Positions 45,081 through 53,818 of a stretch of DNA of 53,818 bases are shown here, one piece after another. This stretch comes from Chrysochromulina tobinii (Eukaryota), in assembly GCA_001275005.1 (NCBI GenBank), contig JWZX01003404.1:1-53818 (forward strand), in the 5' to 3' direction. The translations under genes and the position numbers were made by a program. Each line of letters starts with the position of its first letter. Position 1 is the first letter of the stretch. The notes under the pieces are model-generated. The model made no database searches and had not been told where the DNA came from. It worked only from the letters and a program-made list of their open reading frames with translations.

Positions 45081-48000
45081 ATGCTTTTTTGGTTCGCCTG
45101 TACCATCCTGCCTTCACTGGCCACTACCACGGCGTGCACGCGGACGGAACGCGCATGGCTGCAGCACTGCGCGGTGGCCGACGACTGCACCTCCGAGGCT
45201 TCCTTCTGTAGCTGCTGCGGTGCGTACCCAAATACCGAGTACGCAGATGCTTGCGAGGTGATCTGCGGCATGAGAGTGGTGCACGCTCGCAGCAGGTCCG
45301 CCGCAGCGGCACACAGCTCGTGGGACTTTGAAGATTTTGGTGACAGATCGTCGACCTCCGTTCGCGAGCGAGGGCCCACGTTCGAGCAACCAGCGCTGTC
45401 GCTCATCGGCGATGCGGCCGTCGTTCTTGGCGACTGCTACAACTTGGACGTGCGCGCCCGTGCGACTGCTGACACGCACGCCGAAATTGTCGCGGGCGAA
45501 GACGGTCAGGAGGCATGCCTCATACCGCCCGTGACGCCACGCCTCTTCTCGACGGACGCGCACCTCGCCCTCAACCTGAGCGTCTGCCCGTCGCGGGTGG
45601 CACCATTCCACGTGCACGACCCGCAGCCTGCCGCGCTCGCCGCCATGCTATGCTTCGACGAGTGCCGTGTGCGCAACACGACGCAGCGAACCGCCCCACC
45701 ACCCGTGGTGGACTACGACGCGTTGCGCATCGCCAACTGCGCGCGGCAGTGCTTTGTTTCGTGCGTAGTACCAGCTGCCGCCCAGTGCGCCGCCGACTGC
45801 GGTGCGGCTAACTACACCTGCTTCGCCACGTGCCATCGCGAGGCGACCACGTGCTCGGTGCCGATGGGCCAGCGTGATGTGCGCTACTTTCGCGCCGACC
45901 CTAACGCGCCGGTGTGCACGGACGAGCATGACCGGTATCGGCAGTGCGTCATTGAGTGCAATGGGCAGTGCCACGAGGAGCTCGCAAGGAGTCAGCGGAC
46001 GGTTCACGATGACGTCAGAGACTGGTACCACCAGACATGCTCGGCGCCACTCGGTCGGAGTGCCGTGCTCGCGCCGAGCTGCGTGCTCGACTGCGAGACC
46101 CGCTGCCAGAGCTTCTGTAACCAGACCGTGACCGCTATCCTCGGGCCTGAGCTCGGCCTCGGCCTTCACCTGCGCAACTGCACGCGCAACTGCAGCGCGA
46201 ACTGCGACGGGGAGTGCTTTGTCGAGGACGCGTATGACGGATACGAGGTGGGCTGCCGGCCGTCGCCAGTGTTCAACTGCACTGAGGGGTGCTACACCAC
46301 CCAATGCCCAGCGCAGCCCACCTTTTGCTCTGTGTACGATACGCTCGGGGCCCTGAGGGCGGTGGACCTGAACTGCACCTTCCTCACGACGAAGAACGTC
46401 ACCTTCGAAGATACTTGGTCGAACATGTCCGTGTCGATTGGCGCTCAGCTGGCTGACCCGTCCTCGGCGTTGTCCCAGTACATCGGGCTGGACGGCAATA
46501 CGCACATCTGTTACAACGAGTGCACCGACACCACGACGGGCACCGAGCTCTTCTTTCACGCCGCCCGTGCAAGCCTGACCGCCGCCGCTGCCTCCATCGA
46601 GATCGGCCGAAACTGCACGACGCGCTGCTACGAGCGCACGTGCCTCGACAGCTGTACATTCGAATGCACTCTCGAGGCGGCGCGTCGACTGCTGCCGCCG
46701 TGTGTGCGTGGACCCAATTGCATCTCGCCCACGAACTGCTCTCTCGCCGAGTCGAGCAACTGCTCGGCTTTTAGGGCATTCGAACCGGTACTGATCAACA
46801 TCACGGCGGTCACTATGAATGTGACGGTCTGGGTGCCGCCGTGGACGCAGGACGTGTGTGAGGATCGAGTGGGCCAGAGCGTCGATAGCTTCCGCGCGTG
46901 CTACCAGCGCTGCCCCATTCACTGCGCGAGCGCTTGCCCGTTGCCTGTGAACCACACGACGCGGCTGCGGAACGGGTCGCTGTACAACGACACCTCGGGC
47001 GCATGCCTTGCCCAGTGCCACTACGAGTGCGCGCATAACTGCTCGCTCAGCATGATCGACGACGTGACGAGCACGTGGTGTGTGCCTCCGCTCGAGCCGA
47101 TCACACGGTGCGTGCCTCCGGTCAATTGCACCGACGATTGCTACGACGAGTGCCTCGACCCCACGCTCCTGCTTGCAACGGATCCCCAGTGCGAGGAGTT
47201 CCGGTACGGCTTCCGGCCGGACGGCTCGAATCACACGGTCATCTCGATCCCATATGCATACAATGTCTCCTCGCCGGCCGCGTGCGCGCGTAACGAGACG
47301 CCTTGCTCGGACGCGAACATCTTCTACAACATGACGACGTTCGCGCGTGACGTGCTCGTGTCCAAGGGGTGTGTGCAACGGTGCGCCGCTCGCTGCGTGG
47401 CGCGATGCTTCGACCGTTACTGCGTCACGCGCCTCGAGGAACCTGTGAATGAGACGGCCATCTGTTTGCCGCGTTGCCTGGATCGCTTCTTCGAGGCATC
47501 GGAGGACGACGACGCGTCAGTCGACGGGGGCGCGGCCAACGCCACCACGCCCAACGTGACCGCCTGTCAGTTGAGCTGTCACGCGGAATGCATCGTCGGC
47601 CGTTCGTCCAATTGCTCGGCGCTGTGCGAGTCGTACTTTGACCCGACGCTCTGGGGCTTGTGTCTCGGTAACTGCTACGCTAACGCGAGCGTCAGTTGCC
47701 ACCGCGACTGCGTGTACGGGTGCACCTCCAATCACACGCTCGCCTATGGCTTCGCAGCGCCCTACAATGCCTCGGGCGACTACTTCACTGCGGCGGCGTT
47801 GGTGCAGATTGCGCATGAAGATGCGCTCGTGCACGCGGCAAGCTGGAGCAATGCCGCCGCGAGTTGCTACAACAACTGCACGAGCCTTTGTGCGATTCGT
47901 TGTTTCGAGGAAGTCGTGTCCTCAGGGTTGTGTGCCCAGGAGGTGACGAATCTGACCAGCGCTCGTGCGGCCCGGGGCATGGCGCCGCTGCACCCTCAGG

Positions 48001-51000
48001 TGGTCGCCGAGGCGTCGAACAACTGCACGCTGCGCCGCTCGGCGACGTGCCTCGACGGCTGTCAGCACGAGTGCCACCAACGCTGCACCAACCTGACCGA
48101 TCCGATCCGTTACGACCTGATTCAAGCTGCTGAGTACGCCGAGCTTTACGCGACGTACGTGGAGCACTGCGAGAGCCGCTGCCGCATCCAGATCTACGGG
48201 CCCAACACGACCGATGACTCCTGCCTCGCGTTCACCAACGTGACGACCTATCGGCAGGAATGCCTCTTCAACTGCACAGACAGGGTGCGCCGAGGTATCT
48301 GCGCCAACCCGAACATCACTGTGGACGTGGGCATCCACTGCAACGCCACCGAACGATGCGGTGACCTCCACGTGCTGGTACAGCAGGCAGCGGCGACACC
48401 GAATGCCTCCGCCAGCATTGCCGCTCCTTATCATCAATGCATGCAGAGCTGCTCGGGCAATTTCACGCTTGATCCGCAGTACGTTTGCGACGGCGGCGTG
48501 TCACGTTTGATGGCGATCGACGCTGCGAGTGCGTACCAATTGCAGGCCGTCGGCGGGCTTGGCCAGCAGGGCACTACACCTGCCGAGCAGCTCGAGATGG
48601 ATCGACTGTGGGCGGCGGTCCCCATGGGCGAGATGTGCACCTTCGTCGACCTCGAATGCGTGGTCAACCACACGCTCCACTGCGCCTCGGAGTGCGCCAA
48701 CCAGGTCGCATTCTACTATGAGCTGTGTGTGGCGCGCTTCTTGCGCCGCAACGCCACGTTCGATTACAACATCTCGTCATGCTACCACCCCGACGGCTGG
48801 CGTGTGGGGACAGAGAGGTGGCGCTACTACGCGGCGCTCAATGCAAGCCGGCCCGAGGCGCAGCCGAGCTACTGGTTGGCACCCAATATGGGTCCGCCTG
48901 TGTGGACGTACAACGACGTGCCCAACGCGACGGTGCTCAACTGCTCGTGTCACTTTCTCAATGAGACGTTTGATCCGAACTTTGTGGCCGCGCTCCTCGA
49001 GTGGCGCATGCGTCCGTATCAAAACCACTACATCTCCACGTGCCTCTGCCTCTTCAACACAAGCGCTGGCGAGCCGCAGCACTGCATCCATGATCCCTCA
49101 GAGTTCGTCAACGTGCCGAGCATCTTTGACTGGGTCTTTGGCAAGGGGAGCGGCGGCTACGATGAGGACGTTGACCACGTGGCCACGCAGGCAGATGAGC
49201 TCGTGACCTGTGGCTCGCCGTGTGTGTCGCATTGCTCCGCGCACTGCGGCGTCTACTTTGTTGAGCATGTGACGCCGTCGACCAACGGCGGCTCGGCGTT
49301 CTTGCCGCGATTCAATGAGACATTTCGCTTCTCGGACTATCCCGCCTCGCTCACGAACTGGGTGGTGAGCAACGGCCAGGGCGGCAGCATGGTCACCCCG
49401 GGCCATTGGCGATCACCGCCTGGGTGCTTCCAGCCGTGCATGGCCACTTGTGCCGTGGCCAACTGCACCGATGGCTGCGGTGCCGGGTGCGCGCCGGGGC
49501 CCGAACCGGAGTACGATAACTCGACTGCGCTCGACTTTGGGTGTGAATGGAACTCGACAGTGGACGAAGGCCGGCCCCTTTGCTACCAGTTCTGCGGCTG
49601 CTACGAGCAGTGTGCCTCGCGATGCGTCGCCGAGCTGCCCAGAATGAACACGAGCACCCTGATGCTCGAGCGCTTCCCAGTTTGCATCGACAACTGCTCG
49701 AGCACGTGCGAGGATGAGCATCACGCACGGTGCGTCAACATCTCCGCCATGCTTGCCGCCTCGCGCATCCCGCCGTACGTCAACCAGACGCAGGTGTGCC
49801 TCAACAGCATCTTCCCCACATGCTCGTTGCACTGCCTCGGGATCTCGATACGCAACGTGACGAATACCAGCGGCGCGCTCTTCGTGCCGTCGAAGCTCCC
49901 CCGTGAGCTCCTCTCGCTCAACCTCAGTGCGGGCTTGGGCCATCTCCGAGGAGTGCGTGGGCCTCCAGAGGGGTACACGTTTGGCGAGGAGGCGTACGAA
50001 GGGTACACCTGCCGGATCGACCCGTGCGATGACCTCTGATCACACCTCCTCTGATCCTCTGATGATGCCTAATTGCCTTCTTCATTAGGTACGCCTGTCG
50101 GATCGAGCCGTGCGATGAGGTGCTAGTCACAACGTCCTTCACGCTCCTCGGCGTGACGACGACGACCTCCACAGCCGTCCTCAGGACTCCTAGTGGATTG
50201 CCATGTAATCAGACGTCGCTTCAGCTTGGCGAACGAGTCCTGACCGACCCATCCTCGGGCAACACGTCGATCGTGCCAATCCTGATCAACGTCTCGACCG
50301 CTACGCTCGAGGGCTGCCACGAGAACCGTTCGTCGGCTTGCCTCTCCACGTGCAACGACTTCGGCTACAAGGTCTGCTTCCCCGACGTCGACCCGTTTGA
50401 CCTGTGCGTGCAGAGCTGCATCGCCAACCTCACGTACTTCGAGACGTACGAGTTCGACCACACGCTCTCTGTGTGTAAGAAGAAGCTGCGGCTCACGCCC
50501 TCGCAGCCGAGCCGACGCGGCGCCGCGTGGTATCGACGCAAGCAGCATGTGCGAGAGGGCTTCCGCACGAGCTTCGCATTCCGACTTGAACACCCGAGCC
50601 GCCGCTGCCCCGACGTGGCGCATCCTTCTTTCGAAGAGCAGCCCGAGGGCCTCCGCAATCTCCTCTGTTCGGGGCGCGGGGGCGACGGCTTCGCGTTTGT
50701 GATCCAAGACGCGGGCGCCACGTCCTTTGATCCGCATTGCGCGTACGCGGCCGTAGACCAGTGCAACGGATTGGCGGCGGCGCAGTGCACGGAGCAGTGC
50801 CGTAGCCAATGTCCAAATCGGGTCGCAGCGGAGCACACCAGTTGTGCAGCAGCGTGCCTCAAAGGGGACTCGTACACCATGCCACCGGTCGCTGCCCTCG
50901 GCTCGGCCGTCGAGCGCGCGGCGTACGCGGCGGCCGCCGCCGCGGCGGCTGGCGCGTGTAGCGCATCTGTCGTGCAGTGCGTCGCCAGCGCATGCGGCGG

Positions 51001-52732
51001 GCGCGAGGTCGAATTCTTCTCGGGTGCTGCCATGCAGCCCGGTGGTTGCTTGCGCGACTGCCTGGACGCGGGATCACGCACGTTCTGTGAGGCTCGCTGC
51101 CCTCTGGTGGATGAGGACGTGGACGACGATTGCGTGAGCGCTTGTGCCAACGAGCGTCTCGCCGACTCCACTGAGTGCTTCCGAGGATGCAATTCGAGCT
51201 GTGCAAGCCAGGGGTTACTCGAGCAAGCAATGTGCGCGGAGGACTGCTTGGGTGGCGCCGCGCTGCTGGCGAGCGGCGAACCAGTCGGCCGCTGCCGTGC
51301 CAAGGTTCAAGCCTTCCCGACCCACGAAACCGCAACCTGCCTCACCTCTTGCTCTCACACGGACCACGAATGCCTGCGTGCATGCCTCGAAACGCCCGAG
51401 GGGCTACTTCCCAACTGCGTGGGCGCATGCCCGCAGAACAATACGCGCTGCGTCCTCGAGTGCATGCGTGGGTTCGGGCAGCGTGGTAGTGAGTGCGTCA
51501 GCCCGCGAGTGCTCGAGTGCAACTACACGAGCTCGGCACTTGGCGACGGCGCTGCAGGCATCGGCTACGCCAACCTGCGTAACACGCTCGCGATCAAGTT
51601 TGACACGTGGTACAATGCAGAGCGCTCGGACCCGTGGGTAAGCCACGTGGCCGTACACTCTGGGGGAGAAGACTATGGTGCGCCGTCGGACACGAGCGCC
51701 GCACTCGCGATCACCTCTGACTTCCCCGACATTGCGGACCAGAAGTACCACGAGGTGATCATCGAGTACGTACCGCGCTTTGAGACGGACGGGAATCTCG
51801 CAGGGATGAGCATCACGCCGGGCATCGCTGCGCGCCTGACGACGGCTCAGCGCGGCAATATGCTCTACGTCGACACCCTGAAGGTGACCCTCGATGACGC
51901 CGTCATCCTTCGCGTGCCGCTCAACCTCGAGACTCTTCTACGTCTGGACCAAGGGCGCGCGTACGTTGGTTTCACGGGCGCCACAGGCTCCGCGTACCAG
52001 GAGCATTCGATCCATGCGTGGCGATTCCAAGAGAGCGTTTCTGGCACCCTCGCCCACCCGGCCAACGAGCACTGCCGCCATCGTGTACCCTCGCTATGGC
52101 ACGGGAACGCCTACGATGGCGCGCCCGTGCTGCCCGCGAACGCGGCGCTCGCGTGCACGCCGGACGTAATGGATGTGACAACCCCACTCGGAGCGATGCA
52201 CTCGCTCCGATGCACTGAGGACGCGAGTGGCCACGTGTATTGCCTCGACCCGAACACGCCCAACAGCGCACCCATCATCTACGAGCCCATGCCCGACATC
52301 TCGGTACTCGTGGGCGAGCCTGTGAACATCACGCTGCACGACGGCTTCCGCGACCGCCAGAGTGACGGGCGGTACACATCAAATCTGCTCCGTTACTCAC
52401 TTATCTTCACGCCACACAATGAGGAGCCCCAGGATGGCATCGCTTGGGTACACTTCAACTCGTCGACGCGCCAGCTGCGCGGCATCCCAACGCATCCGGG
52501 CACTTGGCGAGTCAACATGACCGCTATCGATCCAGGCTTCCCTGACGCAGGCAGACCCACGACGTGGACAGACCCGCGCATGGCACCGATGAATACAACA
52601 GACGAGTTCCTCTTGCAGGTGCGCGTGCGACCGATCGACCCACTGGCGGCGGACTTCTGGGCGCCGACAGTGGAGCAACCCACTCCCACAGAAGCGGTAC
52701 CGAGAGTGTCTGCGTCGATAGCGCCGTACTAG
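45081..52732 (+). CDS. Giant secreted Cys-rich glycoprotein (~2,520 aa) with split legume-type (L-type) lectin domain and C-terminal cadherin/He_PIG-like Ig domain
   Basis: Exons 45081..50002 and 50089..52732 (phase-2 GT-AG intron). Signal-like MLFWFACTILPSLATTTA, many CxxxC repeats and NxS/T sequons. Lectin motifs LRLTP..GAAWY, GGDGFAFVIQ, LAIKFDTWYN, AYVGFTGATG..HSIHAWRF. Ig motif WVHFNSSTRQLRGIP..VNMTAID. Confidence 0.85.
50003..50088 (+). other. 86-bp GT-AG intron whose first 30 nt duplicate the next exon start
   Basis: GTACACCTGCCGGATCGACCCGTGCGATGA versus GTACGCCTGTCGGATCGAGCCGTGCGATGA (27/30). CTCTGAT filler. Ends AATTGCCTTCTTCATTAG. Confidence 0.85.
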
Positions 52733-52947
52733 GATAGTCTGTAGACTGTAGACTGTAGTCTGTACACAACGGAGATAAGTCTAAAAACTAATGCTAAGTT
52801 ACTTTATGAGCGCAACCGCCTTGCGCCATGTGGAGAACCATACCGTACATACGACAGTTCAGCTCAGCTGAACCGCGTTCGACTTGGCTCTTGGGGAGCA
52901 GGGCGGCGGGCTCCACCTCTAGCGGAGGGCCGCCGTGCCAAGACTCT

Positions 52948-53818
52948 CTAGACTCGCTGGTGCTCCTGGCCCTGCGGCAGAGCCCAGGGCTGATTCTCCT
53001 GTTTAGTGGCCTCATCCGAGCTTGCCACCGTCGACTGCGGCTCATCCGGCATCCCAGCCTTCTTGCGGCGCGACGTCTCCGGAGCATCCTTGCGAGGCGT
53101 TGCCAATGGTGCGTCAGGGTCGCGGCCCTTGAGTTCAGACAGCTTGAGGTCCGCTACGGGAAGTGTCAGCTTTACCACTGGCCCTGCGGCAGCGGACTCC
53201 GCGGCAAATGAGGGGGCGGCTGCCGCGGCAGAAGGCTTGGAACCGAACCCAAACATTCGACTGAGGCTGCCACGGGGCGAGGTTTCCGAGGCGGAAACGG
53301 GTGCGGGCGCGGGCATTTGCACGGGCGGCGGTGGCGGCGGCGGTGGCACAGCGGCAGCAGCGGCAGCAGCTGCCTCCTTCTTGTCCTTCGCTCCGCGCGC
53401 CGTGAGCGCGGCGACTCCCGTCGATGCCAACGCAGGCTTCGCGACCTCACGCTCGCGCGCAGTGAAATCGCGTGCAGAGCGCTGAGGCTCAGCCGCATCG
53501 CTCGTCGCTGCAATATCAAGCTTCGGCATCTCGATCTTCAATCCGCTCGGTGCTGGAGGATTCGTCTCGACTGCCGCTGGCTGCGAGTCCAGGTCCTGCA
53601 CAATAGTACCGTCAGGCTTCGGTGCTGCTGCAGCCCCTGCTGCTGCTGTGGGAGCAAGCGCCGCAGTCGACGATGGCTCGTCCGGCATCCCAGCCTTCTT
53701 GCGGCGCGACGTCTCCGGAGCATCCTTGCGAGGCGTTGCCATCGGCGCGTCAGGGTCGCGGCCCTTGAGCTCAGACAGCTTGTTGAGGCTCAATGCCGGC
53801 GGCGCCGCGCTCTCCCCC
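52948..53818 (-). CDS. Partial hypothetical low-complexity protein with an internal ~36-aa duplication
   Basis: KLSELKGRDPDAP(M/L)ATPRKDAPETSRRKKAGMPDEP occurs twice (~53675-53785 and ~53035-53145). The frame appears open to the window edge. Confidence 0.6.
   Translation of the reverse strand, partial: GESAAPPALSLNKLSELKGRDPDAPMATPRKDAPETSRRKKAGMPDEPSSTAALAPTAAAGAAAAPKPDGTIVQDLDSQPAAVETNPPAPSGLKIEMPKLDIAATSDAAEPQRSARDFTAREREVAKPALASTGVAALTARGAKDKKEAAAAAAAAVPPPPPPPPVQMPAPAPVSASETSPRGSLSRMFGFGSKPSAAAAAPSFAAESAAAGPVVKLTLPVADLKLSELKGRDPDAPLATPRKDAPETSRRKKAGMPDEPQSTVASSDEATKQENQPWALPQGQEHQRV

Overview
GC-rich, gene-dense eukaryotic nuclear DNA with short spliceosomal introns, many head-to-head gene pairs and bipartite signal/transit-like N-termini. 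By overall style it is most likely a haptophyte or similar alga (inference, not verified). About 22 protein-coding loci are recognisable. They include a membrane RING E3 ligase, an EHD ATPase, a PRMT-like methyltransferase, the YME1/FtsH i-AAA protease, a glycosyltransferase, a TLDc+P-loop IFI44-like gene with a divergent orphan partner, SEC13 head-to-head with an SLC38A9-like transporter, Tudor-like and F-box proteins, and a frameshifted hybrid histidine kinase. Also present are Methyltransf_22, PHAX-domain, SET and IQ proteins, a PYM/cold-shock fusion, a SHIPPO-repeat protein and a ~2,520-aa Cys-rich protein with a split L-type lectin. The most striking non-coding signal is a family of introns in unrelated genes. 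They begin with a near-copy of the downstream exon start, are filled with AG-free TGATTGCCTC-type repeats on the sense strand, and share a 3' end, suggesting a duplication/repeat-driven intron-gain process. No rRNA, tRNA, CRISPR array or transposase was seen. Several -1 frameshifts between ~31.6 and 39.8 kb may be assembly errors. All family calls come from motif recognition by eye; no searches were run.
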